From a virus (lineage: Duplodnaviria; Caudoviricetes), in IMG/VR virus record IMGVR_UViG_3300023435_000009: 64,000 bases of DNA; one strand, 5' to 3'. Shown piece by piece: positions 9,104-19,100 of this stretch. The notes below the pieces were generated by a model that saw only the letters and a list, made by a program, of their open reading frames with translations, searched no databases and was not told where the DNA came from. How positions within the stretch are numbered: the first letter of the stretch is position 1; each line of letters begins with the position of its first letter. Position numbers and translations under genes: made by a program.

Positions 9104-9829
9104 ATGCAGCACTACATCTATTTTTTAGAGGACGCAAAAAATGAGGCCATTAAGATAGGGACATCCACAAACCCTCGGGACCGAGCATCTGCTATTCAGG
9201 TGTCCACACCGTCTAATGTGGTTCTTTTGCGTTATGTCCCGGTCAAGGCTCCCTATGATGTGGAGGAGTTTCTGCACCGGCAGTTTCAACATCTTTATAT
9301 CAGGGGGGAGTGGTTTCGGAATGTCCCGGAACTCAAGGAGTTCGCTCTGAGGGGGGACGTTCCGCAGTTTGTTCCTCAGGGTCAAAGGTCATCTTGTGCA
9401 GTAGCCTTGGACACGGATGACAAATGGTCTCTGCCCCAACTCTCAGAATTGGTGGGGGTCTCCGCCCGAACTATCAGGTACTACATCTCCATTTACCTTT
9501 TGCCTGGTCCTTGTCGTTCTGGACCGGGGGCCTACTACACCGAAAAACATCGGGTGATGCTTCTTTTTATCTCTGAGAAGAGGGCACAGCGGCTGAGTCT
9601 CACTGAGATCCGCTCTTTGTTGGAAAAGTCACTGCCCACAGAAACCAGATCTTTACCCCAAACTCCGGCTCAAAAGGAGATCGTGTATGCTGTTTCCGAT
9701 GATGTGATTGTACGCATTCCAGAGAGACTTTCCCCTTGGAGAAAAAACCGCATCCTTTCTGGTTTGGCTCAGTTTGAGCGAGACATTCAAAAGATCCCGG
9801 ATATTGCAGACGAAAACGAGGAGATTTGA
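9104..9829 (+). CDS. T5orf172 (GIY-YIG-like) domain fused to a MerR-type HTH
   Basis: N-terminus YIYFL...IKIGTSTNP...R...VEEFLHRQF...IRGEWF; C-terminal half WSLPQLSELVGVSARTIRYY...YYTEKH...LSLTEIRSLL. Confidence 0.8.
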   Translation: MQHYIYFLEDAKNEAIKIGTSTNPRDRASAIQVSTPSNVVLLRYVPVKAPYDVEEFLHRQFQHLYIRGEWFRNVPELKEFALRGDVPQFVPQGQRSSCAVALDTDDKWSLPQLSELVGVSARTIRYYISIYLLPGPCRSGPGAYYTEKHRVMLLFISEKRAQRLSLTEIRSLLEKSLPTETRSLPQTPAQKEIVYAVSDDVIVRIPERLSPWRKNRILSGLAQFERDIQKIPDIADENEEI

Positions 9830-9831
9830 CG

Positions 9832-12414
9832 ATGAGAGGCATGGCACAGGAACTCGGAAACGTATTGGTGAATCCGCACACGCACGTCCCAGTGCCCCTG
9901 GCGATGGAGAAGATGGAGATGACAGGTCAGGTCACTCCTGCGGGTGGGTTGATGACCATCGTCCACAGCTTCAAGTGCGCCGGGGACCAGCCCATGGAGG
10001 CGCTGTACATCTTCCAGCTTCCCCGTGGTGGGGCCGTCCGGCGGTACAAGGTGAAGGGAAAGGACTTCGAGGTGGACTCCCAGCTTACCCCGAGGGAGGA
10101 CGCCCGGAAGGAGTACGAGGCTGGCGTGGAGGCCGGTCACCTGTCCACCCTGGCGGAGACTAGCCTGGACGGGGTCGTAACCATCATGGTGGGACAGGTC
10201 CAGCCCGATGAGACGGTCACGGTCGCTGTTGATGTGATCGGTGGGGTGGAACTGCAGGACGGGCGGTACCGCTTCCGGTTCCCCTTTACCCTGGCCCCCA
10301 GCTATCACAGCATTGCCCGCATCACGCCCACTTCTGGTGGTTCCAAGATGGAATTGCCTCAGGACATCTTCGATGAGTTGGTCCTGCCCGAGTGGAAGGA
10401 CAACGCCGAGGAGTTGCACGAGATCAGTTTCAGGCTTCACCTGGAGGCCGCTGGTTTGGTCGGTACCGTGTCCTCCCCCTCTCACAACGTGACGATGCAG
10501 CAGAACATCAATGGTTCCGCTGACGTTTGGCTGGCGGGCCTCTCCTCGTCCCCGGATCGGGATCTGGTCATCGACGTGTCCACCCGTGAGGTGGCCCCGG
10601 TGGTGTTTGCCGATCAGTCCATAGTGAAGGGGAAGCCATCTAAGGGCAAAAAAGGTCATCCCCGGTGGATGGTCGCCCTCCCCTCCGAACTCGTCCCACA
10701 GGCCACCCAGGTGCCCAGGAAGGTGATTTTCATGGTGGATCGCTCCGGCTCCATGCGGGGGAAGAGGATCGAGCAGGCCCTGGTGTCCGTGAAGGCGTGT
10801 CTTTCCGGGTTGGCTCCGGAGGATCAGTTTGGTCTGCTCCGGTTCGACAGTATGACGGAGACCTTCCATAAGAGCTTGGCGCAGGCTACCGATGACAATC
10901 GTGCTCGTGCGGCCCGCTGGTTGCAGGGGACACACTCTCAGGGTGGGACGCAGTTGGCTACGGCCTTGTCGGAGGCTCTGACGATCCTGGATGGTGATGG
11001 AGACATTTTCCTGATCACGGACGGTGAGGTGTGGGAGACCGGCCCCATCGTGGAGTCCATGGCTGCTTCCGGGAGCCGTGTCCATGTGCTGGGGATCGGG
11101 GGTGCTGCCCAGGATCGCTTCCTGGCCCAGCTTGCCCGGCGTACCGGCGGCGTCCAGAAGATGCTGAACCCCTCGGAGAACGTGCTCGCAGGGGCTATGG
11201 AACTGTTCAACGCCGTCAAGTGCCCCCGTCATTCCGACGTGAAGGTGCTGGTGGAGATGAACGGTTCGGCCAAGCCTCAGATGCACGAGGTCGGGGACGT
11301 GTGGGACGGTCGGCCTGTGTTCATCACGGACAACGGTGGGTCCAAGAACGGTTCCTACCCCGTCAGGATGGGCCTTGTTGGGATGAGTGTGGTGGTGGAC
11401 GTACCCACCCAGCGGGAGCTTTCAGAGGGTGCTGTGAGCCTTTTGTGGGCTGGGCGGCAGGTTGAGGATCTGGAAACCGCCATCGATATGGCTGGGAGTG
11501 GCCCGGCTCGGGTGGCAATGGAGACCAGCCTTAAGAAGATCTCGGTCGATTTTGGTATCGCCAGTCGGGTGATGTCCCTTTGTGCTATCGTCAAACGGGT
11601 CGGGGATCAGGCCGGGGTGACCCCGGAGCAGCGGGTGGTACCCACGGGTGTCCCCTACGACAAGGTGTTGGGCAGCGTACTTCGGAGTGCCAGCCCCAAC
11701 GACATCATGGTGAACCATTGTTTCGCTGCCTCCGCAGCATCTCACGAGCCCCCTACGTTTGGCGGTGTCCTCCATGCGATGTCCCCGGACACCTACGGGT
11801 CCACCGGGATGAATATCCGTCGTTCCTCTGTGAGGGGTTCGTCCATTGGTGCCTCCACGAAGGGATCTTCTGGCACTTGGGCAGATAGTTCTGGCACCTG
11901 GGCGGATAGTTCTGGCACCTGGGCGGATGATGTGGGAGTCGCCACTACGGGGGACAAGGACTACGGCTCGGACGGTTTGGGAGTGGAACTGCTCTTCGAT
12001 CAGGATCCGGGTGAGACTACCCCTTCGGTGAACACCTTGGGCCAGTCCCCTGTTGTATCCAGTACCCTGGGTGCCATTGTGCAGCATATGACCCTGCTGG
12101 CCCAGATCCAGTCCGATGGTGGATTGCCTGGGGCAACCCACGAGATCAGGGTGGCCAAGACTTTGCTCCTGGCACTCAAGTTGCTCCAGACTACGGTGCT
12201 GACGCAGACGAGCATGTATAAGGCGCACCTCACCCGGATGGCTGATTTCCTGGAGGCGGTGGGGTCGATTTACGACTTCCTGCCCCCTCTGGCCAAGAGG
12301 CTCAGGGCTGCATCTTCCCAGGTGCCGGGGGAGTGGGTACCGCAGGGTAACCTGGACGGTGCGGCGGCTCAGGCCACTATCGCTTCCGTCCAGATGGCCT
12401 TCCTTTCCAGGTGA
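9832..12414 (+). CDS. VIT (vault/inter-alpha-trypsin) plus von Willebrand factor A domain protein
   Basis: VIT segment (MEALYIFQLPRGGAVRRY...AGHLSTL...VGQVQPDETVTV), intact MIDAS (DRSGSM, GGT, LITDGE). ATG 9832 is 8 nt after GAGGAG and is preferred over TTG 9826. Confidence 0.88.
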   Translation: MRGMAQELGNVLVNPHTHVPVPLAMEKMEMTGQVTPAGGLMTIVHSFKCAGDQPMEALYIFQLPRGGAVRRYKVKGKDFEVDSQLTPREDARKEYEAGVEAGHLSTLAETSLDGVVTIMVGQVQPDETVTVAVDVIGGVELQDGRYRFRFPFTLAPSYHSIARITPTSGGSKMELPQDIFDELVLPEWKDNAEELHEISFRLHLEAAGLVGTVSSPSHNVTMQQNINGSADVWLAGLSSSPDRDLVIDVSTREVAPVVFADQSIVKGKPSKGKKGHPRWMVALPSELVPQATQVPRKVIFMVDRSGSMRGKRIEQALVSVKACLSGLAPEDQFGLLRFDSMTETFHKSLAQATDDNRARAARWLQGTHSQGGTQLATALSEALTILDGDGDIFLITDGEVWETGPIVESMAASGSRVHVLGIGGAAQDRFLAQLARRTGGVQKMLNPSENVLAGAMELFNAVKCPRHSDVKVLVEMNGSAKPQMHEVGDVWDGRPVFITDNGGSKNGSYPVRMGLVGMSVVVDVPTQRELSEGAVSLLWAGRQVEDLETAIDMAGSGPARVAMETSLKKISVDFGIASRVMSLCAIVKRVGDQAGVTPEQRVVPTGVPYDKVLGSVLRSASPNDIMVNHCFAASAASHEPPTFGGVLHAMSPDTYGSTGMNIRRSSVRGSSIGASTKGSSGTWADSSGTWADSSGTWADDVGVATTGDKDYGSDGLGVELLFDQDPGETTPSVNTLGQSPVVSSTLGAIVQHMTLLAQIQSDGGLPGATHEIRVAKTLLLALKLLQTTVLTQTSMYKAHLTRMADFLEAVGSIYDFLPPLAKRLRAASSQVPGEWVPQGNLDGAAAQATIASVQMAFLSR
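11869..11928 (+). repeat. 21-bp tandem repeat, about 3 copies, encoding (SGTWADS)n
   Basis: tctggcacttgggcagatagt / tctggcacctgggcggatagt / tctggcacctgggcggat. Confidence 0.95.
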
Positions 12415-12528
12415 CTCTTAGGGGGCCTTTCCGGTAAAGTGATTTAATGGAGGTGCCCCATGCCCGAGTGTCCGCCTCTACCACGAAACAGTCTCTGATC
12501 CTCCTTTAGGCCAGCCGCAGACCCTCAT

Positions 12529-12543
12529 CGTTTTTCCGGTTAT
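12529..12543 (+). promoter_or_regulatory. putative late-promoter motif CGTT-N8-TAT
   Basis: CGTT tttccggt TAT, about 60 nt before the tail tube start. Confidence 0.55.
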
Positions 12544-12603
12544 ATTAGACTCTGAGTGAGGACGGATACCGTCTTACGACCTCGTGTGTAACGGGAGGAG
12601 CGC

Positions 12604-13452
12604 ATGGCTGCTAACAACATGGACAACAACCCCTCTAACGGTGTGGGTGGGTCGTCGTACCTGTACGATTTCGGAACCAGCCCCAACACCCGGACGGCGG
12701 TGTCTCAGAAGGTGCGTATCCTGACACCGCACTATGGGAACAACGCTGCGATGCACCAGATGGGTGTGATCAGTTCGTTCAACCCCACGGAGAGCCGGAC
12801 GATTGAGCCGGTTCGTGGTGTGGGGTTCGGGGACAAGATCGCAGAGTTGGTCCCGTCCGTCACGGAACCGATGACGGGTTCCTTCGAACGAGCCCTTCTG
12901 TACCTCTGTAATCTTTGGCAGGCTTCCGGGTATGCTGGCGGCGTGGACGGTCCCGTCCGTAGCCTCTCGCATCACAAGTGGCCGTTCGACATCGAGCAGC
13001 AGCTTGTGTTCTCAACCCTGGCGGACATCGATATGGGTGCGCCCAACGTCGGTACACAGGGGAAGAGTGGTCAGTTCGACGGTGGTGTGAAGCGGACCCA
13101 GTTCCCTCAGGTCACATCCGATGGTTCCGTGAGTCCCGGATTGGATCCCAGCCAGAGAGGCCATTCCGCTGTCATCACCATCTACGAGGCGTGCTGGTTC
13201 ACGTCCTGGTCTGCTACCTTCGCTAAGGACTCCGGGATGATTATGGAGACCGGCGACGTGACCATCTCTGATGTTCACGACTTCGCCTCCGTGTACGGTG
13301 AGTTCCTGGCCACGGGTAACGACCCCACCATCGGTCAGCTTGGGTCCATCCGTTTCGCTGAGTCCTCAGAGGGCTACACGATTGCCCAGGCGGGCGGCAA
13401 CATCGGTGGCGGTGACACTGCGTCCGCCTACGATCTGAACCTGGATATCTAG
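12604..13452 (+). CDS. tail tube protein
   Basis: GGAGGAG SD; 282 aa; beta-rich pattern (SSFNPTESRTIEPVRGVGFGDKIAELVP...YEACWFTSWSATF...METGDVTISD); lies between the sheath and the chaperone/tape measure genes. Confidence 0.8.
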   Translation: MAANNMDNNPSNGVGGSSYLYDFGTSPNTRTAVSQKVRILTPHYGNNAAMHQMGVISSFNPTESRTIEPVRGVGFGDKIAELVPSVTEPMTGSFERALLYLCNLWQASGYAGGVDGPVRSLSHHKWPFDIEQQLVFSTLADIDMGAPNVGTQGKSGQFDGGVKRTQFPQVTSDGSVSPGLDPSQRGHSAVITIYEACWFTSWSATFAKDSGMIMETGDVTISDVHDFASVYGEFLATGNDPTIGQLGSIRFAESSEGYTIAQAGGNIGGGDTASAYDLNLDI

Positions 13453-13459
13453 TGTCTCC

Positions 13460-13477
13460 GCCCGTGTGAGCACGGGT
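13460..13477 (+). terminator. hairpin after the tube gene (possible terminator or processing stem)
   Basis: gCCCGTG-tgag-CACGGGt; no strong U-tract follows. Confidence 0.3.
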
Positions 13478-13486
13478 TGGTATGAT
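13478..13486 (+). promoter_or_regulatory. extended -10 element upstream of the chaperone-tape measure genes
   Basis: TGgTATGAT at 13478-13486; no recognisable -35. Confidence 0.45.
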
Positions 13487-13699
13487 GAGATGAGGAAACA
13501 GTCCCTGGCGGCCTAAACAAAGCCGATGGACAGATGTGGATGCTCCTGTTGTGCTTTTTTCCCCTCCCTCGGGAGGTGGTCAGATTGAGATGGGTTCAAA
13601 TGTCCACGGATGTTTCATTGTGTGCTGTCAATGGCCTACCACCTGCTGTTTCCCCTTAAGGACTACGCCCTTTGACGGGCGAATTGACGTGAGGGAAAT

Positions 13700-14935
13700 A
13701 TGCAGATCTCTTTTGAAGCCTTAGAGAAAGCTCTAGCTCCTATCAAGGACATCGGACAGGGGGAACTGACTTTCCCGGTTGGAGGTGTGGACATCACTCT
13801 CCAGGTGCTAACACCTGAACAGGAGGTCGACGTCCAGAGGTATGCTGGTGAGGCTATCCAAGGGGATGAAGACGAGAACATCTCGACCACTGCTGACTAC
13901 CTGGAGCGATTCAAGGTCGCAGTTCTTTCCCACGCCATCATTGCCGTTGGGGACCAGGATCTCCGGGACGTGGATGTCGTAGAGACGGATGAGAAGCTTC
14001 CTAATGGCCAGTCCGTCAAACTTCCCAAAGTCCAGGCTTTGCGAAAAATGCTTCTTCAGTGGACTGGAACAGTTCGGATTAGTATTTTTCGTAAGTATGG
14101 TGAGTTGCTGGAAAAGGTGGAGCGCCGAGCCGAGTCGGCCATTACCTTTGAGCCTGCGGATTTGGGTACGGAGATAGAGAGGGTCGAGCAACGTCTGAAG
14201 ACACTTCAGGAGGAGAAGAAAAAGCAGGGCAAGGATGCGGAGGACGGGGTTTCCTCTCAGGTTGCCAAGCTGGCCAAATCCTTGGCTCGTCAGGGGGTGC
14301 AGGATCAAGCCGAGTATAGGGAACATGTAGACCAGGCAGCGGCGGCGAGAGTCGGCGTTACCTCTGAGGAAGGAGCGGAGGTCCCCCCTGAGGCCCCTGC
14401 ACCGTCCGAGAGCCCCGTTCCCCGGCAGTCTATCCTCCCCCCCTCTGCGCCTCCCCCCGGCGCTGTGAAGCCTAACGTAGCAGTACCGCCCCCGGAACCC
14501 ACTCCACCCCCGGAGACCGCTCCTGATGTTGCTCGGGCACCAGAGCCGTTGCCCGAGGAGGATTCCTTTGTGGATGCCGGAGATTCCGAGGCTATGGACG
14601 CAGCGGTGGATGCGGAGAACCGGCGTCTAATCGAAATCCGACGTCGGGCCATTGAGCAGCATCGGGCTGGGGAGGTACCGCAACAGCCCCATGGGATGCG
14701 ACCACCTCCTCATCGGGCCGCACAGGATGTTCCGAGCACCGATTACAACCCGGAGGACTTTGACGATTCCCAACTGAAGGTGAGCAAGGCTCCGGACGGT
14801 GCGCCCGCTGTCCAGATGCAGCCTACGGAAGAACTGTCACAGACCAAAGGATCTCGGGGGGGACGTGTTCCTCTCAATCAAGCCGCAGCGCCCAAAGGTT
14901 CAGGGAATCCACGGTTCAAGCCCCCTCAGAAGTGA
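13700..14935 (+). CDS. probable tail assembly chaperone with a Pro/Ala-rich C-terminal extension
   Basis: Position between tube and tape measure; N-terminal ~160 aa (ITLQVLTPEQEVDV...VAVLSHAII...IFRKYGELL) has a chaperone-like pattern; GAGGGA SD. Confidence 0.6.
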   Translation: MQISFEALEKALAPIKDIGQGELTFPVGGVDITLQVLTPEQEVDVQRYAGEAIQGDEDENISTTADYLERFKVAVLSHAIIAVGDQDLRDVDVVETDEKLPNGQSVKLPKVQALRKMLLQWTGTVRISIFRKYGELLEKVERRAESAITFEPADLGTEIERVEQRLKTLQEEKKKQGKDAEDGVSSQVAKLAKSLARQGVQDQAEYREHVDQAAAARVGVTSEEGAEVPPEAPAPSESPVPRQSILPPSAPPPGAVKPNVAVPPPEPTPPPETAPDVARAPEPLPEEDSFVDAGDSEAMDAAVDAENRRLIEIRRRAIEQHRAGEVPQQPHGMRPPPHRAAQDVPSTDYNPEDFDDSQLKVSKAPDGAPAVQMQPTEELSQTKGSRGGRVPLNQAAAPKGSGNPRFKPPQK

Positions 14936-14947
14936 TGAGAGTGGTGG

Positions 14948-16144
14948 ATGAATGTCTCCCTCCCAAGGTCTACCCCGAAACAACGACTGCCTCTTTATGA
15001 GGACGTCGAAACGCTGATCTCCCCCGGTTTTCTAACCCACTCTGTTTCTGTTGGTTCAGTTAAGTTGGCTGTCCGGTCGTTAGGGCCAGGGGACTTGTTT
15101 CTTCTTCGTTCCCGTGTCGGGTATGGGTCAGACAACGAGTGGAAGATGTGGGCCTTGGCTTCGGCTGTGTGGGTGGTGAATGGTGCGGTGGTGTTGGGGG
15201 AGGCCAACGCTGCAACCGCTATCATTCCTGTTCTTCGTAACCTCCCCTCTGAGGCTATAGCAAAACTGTTTTCGGTGTTGCTGGGCTTGTTTGCCCGTCA
15301 GACGAAGGCTCTGCATGCAGTGGAGTCCTTTTGTTATGAGGGTTCTTCTCGTTACATTTGGAAGAGTTACGGGGGCCATCATCCCACAGCCCACTCGGGA
15401 ATAGAGGGTGCCTCAACGCTGGGGTCCAACGGGGTCCAACGGATGTGGGCCTTTTTTAACTCCGTTGAAGATCAGCGCCTACGAGACGAAACGATGTGGG
15501 AAGGTTTCAAACTGACCACATCGGCTCAAGCTCCCAAGGGTGTCAAAAAAATCGATGAAAGGGACAAACGAACTCATCAACAAGAGCAGGATCGAAGGCA
15601 GGAACTACAGGACAGGTTTTACTATGAGACCTTGGGCCTTATAAAACCGAAGGGGGAAGAAACTGACGGTGACGCCCCTGTAGCCAAGCTGGGCAGTAAG
15701 TCCCCGGATGATCTGGCGGACGAGATGTACCGTTGGGTGGTGGGGGATGAGGACCAACACGATGCCATCGTCAACGCCTACAAGAAACAGGTCACAGAAC
15801 GCTATGAACAGGAGAAAAGAGTCAGGGCAGAACGCAGGCGAGCTATACAGGAGAGGGAATTGGGTACAGGCTCTGAGGATTCGCCAATGGCTTTGGTGGG
15901 GTACACACCGGAACAACTGCAGGAGATTCTGAAGGGGCGTGGGGCTGGCGCTCCGGGGGTCAAACAGATCATGGACGAGGGTGGTTCCCGAGATTACCTT
16001 TATAATCGCTATCTAGAGAGGGATCCCGACTCGGGTGTGCTGAAGCCGGAAAGTGGACGGCTTGAACCGGCGGAGGGAAGGGATCTGACGGAAACCCTGG
16101 CCAATCGCAGGGTGCCGTTCACGACTGAGGAGACTGAAAGCTGA
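14948..16144 (+). CDS. second chaperone-like/pre-tape-measure protein
   Basis: 398-aa ORF abutting the tape measure gene (TGATG overlap); N-terminus (KLAVRSLGPGDL...ALASAVWVVNG...AIAKLFSVL) loosely parallels the previous gene. Confidence 0.5.
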   Translation: MNVSLPRSTPKQRLPLYEDVETLISPGFLTHSVSVGSVKLAVRSLGPGDLFLLRSRVGYGSDNEWKMWALASAVWVVNGAVVLGEANAATAIIPVLRNLPSEAIAKLFSVLLGLFARQTKALHAVESFCYEGSSRYIWKSYGGHHPTAHSGIEGASTLGSNGVQRMWAFFNSVEDQRLRDETMWEGFKLTTSAQAPKGVKKIDERDKRTHQQEQDRRQELQDRFYYETLGLIKPKGEETDGDAPVAKLGSKSPDDLADEMYRWVVGDEDQHDAIVNAYKKQVTERYEQEKRVRAERRRAIQERELGTGSEDSPMALVGYTPEQLQEILKGRGAGAPGVKQIMDEGGSRDYLYNRYLERDPDSGVLKPESGRLEPAEGRDLTETLANRRVPFTTEETES

Positions 16145-19100
16145 TGGCACAAGCGAACGACACCGCCCTCAGAGTTATGATTGACCCTGACCTGAAGGGG
16201 TTGAAGCCGTTTAAGACCGGGTTGGTGAAGGTGGTTGCTGAGGCTACTACCACAATGACCAAAAACATGGCCACCAAGATCGCCACGGCAATGAAGGGGC
16301 AGTACAAGGAACTGGAGATGTCCGCTCGTAAGGTTGTGGCCATCGAAACGGCACTTAGGACCAAGAACTTCTCGGTGGAAAGGAAGGCCCGGCTTCAGCT
16401 TCAACTGGATGAGCACAAAGTCCGAACAGGACTGCTTGAAAAGAACTTCAAGAAGGAACTTCGGCAGGAGGGCCTCATCCAGAAGCGGCGCACCAAGTCG
16501 CTTGAGAAGGTCATGTCCTCCCAGGCGGTCACCAGGAAAGCGGGAGAGCTGGGGGAGAAATTTGGGACCGAGATCCAAAGTGCCTTCGAGGATCTGACGT
16601 CGAAGGATCTCTCTCGGATGATGAAAGGTCCGTTGACTCAGTTAGGTACCCTCACACAGAAGGCTGGTGAGGGAATGGTGAAGAAGGGCAAGGACGGTGG
16701 CGCTATGGGGGGGGTAGGCAAAATCCTCGCCCAGCTTGGTCCGGCTCTCATCGCCATCGGGAGTATCGCTGCGGGGTTCGCTGCCATAGTGGCTATCCTT
16801 CTGATGGTAGACTCCCATGCCAAGGAGTTGCACCACACTATTCTAGAGTCGGGGGTGGCGGCAGGGGAGTTGACGGGTAAGTTCGGGGAGTTAGACACAC
16901 AACTTGGTCATGTCCGAGAAACCTTCACCTTAGCTTCCGACTTTAATCGGATCTGGGGCACCACAGCCAAGGACCACCTGGAGGTGTTGGGAGCCTACGC
17001 TGAGGCCGGTCTGACTTTCCGGGAGATCCGGGGCAACGTCAAAAACGTTCGGGAGGAGATGGAGAAGCTTCGGGACGCTACCCAATTGACCATGGTCTAC
17101 TCCAAGCTATTCGGGCAGGGGACTCAGGTCATGGCGGGGAACATTGCTACCTGGATGGAGGAGTTGGGCGCTGATTTCAAAACGGTGCAGGAGGGGTTGA
17201 GCGCTATTCATATCGCAGCCCGAGACTCGGGTTTCGGGATTAAACGGTTCTACGGAATGGTGTTACAGGCCACCTCCGGCATGTCCATGTACAATGTCCG
17301 ATTGAATGAAACTGCTGGGATGCTTATGACGCTCGGCAAAATCCTGGGTGCCTCCAAGGCTGGTGAGTATATCCAGGGCCTGACGAAGGGTTTCACTGAC
17401 GAGTCGATGACGGATAGGATTGTTCGGGTGAAAACAACAGGTGCAAGAAAAACGCAGCAGATCATCGGTGGTTCTGCCGAGGACATTTCCCGAGATTTCA
17501 TGGAGAAATTGATTAATCAGTCTGCAGCGGGTGGTGCTGAGGTTGCTGGTCTCCTTAAGGGGATTGGGGTCGATCTGGATCCCACAAATCTAGCCAAGAT
17601 GTCTAAGGCCCACAGGGCAGCGGCGGCGGACGAATTGGTAGACAAACTCAGTAAAATGTCGGAGGACAAACTGACGGATTTGTTGACTGACGCTGCTTTG
17701 AGCGGGAATGAAGATCTGGTTCGGCAGTTGACTAATCTACAACAGGTTGCTGGGGGCGTAGGTGGTGATGAGTTTGCGATGGCCAAGGCCCTGGGGGGTT
17801 TAGACATAGGTGGCAAGCTGGCGATGACGTTGGCTCAAGGTCAGTCCTTCATTGGTAAACCCCTCCACGAGATGGGGCTAAAACAGCTCATCGCCTTTGA
17901 GAAGATGTCAGGGATTACTGGTGAGTCGCTTCAGCAGTTGATTCGGATTGACCGCACGATGCATGGCAACTGGGAAAAACTAGACAAGCAGGCAAAAGAG
18001 GGGCAGCAGCTTTCTAGAGACGATATGGAGGACCAGATCAAGGCATACGGTGCTGCTGTCAAGGATGGCGCTGTGTACTCAGCGCACTTGGCAGAGAATG
18101 GTACCATCCAATGGGGTGAGAAACTGGATAACATGGCGGATTACATCCAGGGCCAGGGTGACATTTTTGCCCAGGCGGCTAAGGATGGACTGGCCCCGGA
18201 CATCCAATTGGCCCAGGACATTGCCCGCAACACCACTGAGATCGCTAAAGTCCTGGAGCAAGGTGTCGAATACTGGCTGGAGAAGATCCATCATGGTGTT
18301 GAGGACATCGTCAATTGGCTTGGCGGTGGAGATGATAAGGCCGTTCGTGGTGCCGTGTCTGATAAGATAAACAAGGAACTGGAGAAGAACCGGGACGAGC
18401 AAGGAGAGTTGTCAAAAAAGATTTCGAAGTGGCAGTCCGAAATCCCTACAGAAACTGCTGAGGGGAAGGATGCGTTGCGGGCCAAGATTGGTGCCGCCGA
18501 AATGACGCTTACCCGACAAAGGACAAAGGCTGCCGTCCTGGACAAGGATCTTCGAACGTTGTCTCGACAGACGTCACGAGGGCTTTTCACACCTGGCCGT
18601 ACCGAAGAGGAGGTGAGGTCACAACTTCATTTGGGCGCTCCAGACGCAACACAGACACGAGCCATCCCTACCAGTGCCCGAAAGGCCGGAATGAAGGAAG
18701 CCTTGGCTGCGGCTGCGAAGGCTTCTGAGGTGGCCCAAGCAGCGAAGCCCTACCCAACAACTCGGGATGCTGCCGATGTAGCAGAGAGGCGACTCGACAA
18801 ACGTACCCAGCTTGCTCAGTACTGGACAAAAAGGAAGATGACGGCGGAGACCGGTGGCGGAACTTTTGCCAAACCGGATACTTCGGAGGGGCAGACGATT
18901 GACGGCACGTATTATATGCCTTCGCAGATGGAGGAAGCTTGGGAGGATGTTCAAAAAGCGAACACCGAGGACATCATCTCCCAAATGGAAGCCGACACAG
19001 CGAAGCAGAACCAGACCCTCAAGGATCAAACGAGAGTGCTGGAGGTCGCTGATGACAAGTTCTTCACTAAGGGTTACGCCAAGTCCCGTGCCGCAGAACT

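Noticed and set aside
12460-12498. 12-codon ORF MPECPPLPRNSL after GGAGGTG, ending like the sheath (RSSL)
   Set aside because: SD spacing is short, the upstream residues do not match the sheath C-terminus, and there is no other support; not a displaced sheath end.
12584-12595. GTGTGTAACGGG upstream of the tube gene equals 54566-54577 in the mini-element left end
   Set aside because: Only 12 nt, with no right-end sequence or flanking repeat nearby; cannot be distinguished from chance.
13481-13530. CGGCCTAAAC (c-di-GMP-I riboswitch-like) and TGATGAG...GAAAC (hammerhead-like) words in the long leader
   Set aside because: The partner GGYAGCGG strand and P2 GNRA stem of the riboswitch are absent; the hammerhead lacks the CUGA core C, stem II and a matching stem I.
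13700-16144. Programmed frameshift between the two chaperone-like genes
   Set aside because: Both are complete ORFs with separate starts, and no convincing slippery heptamer was seen near the first stop.
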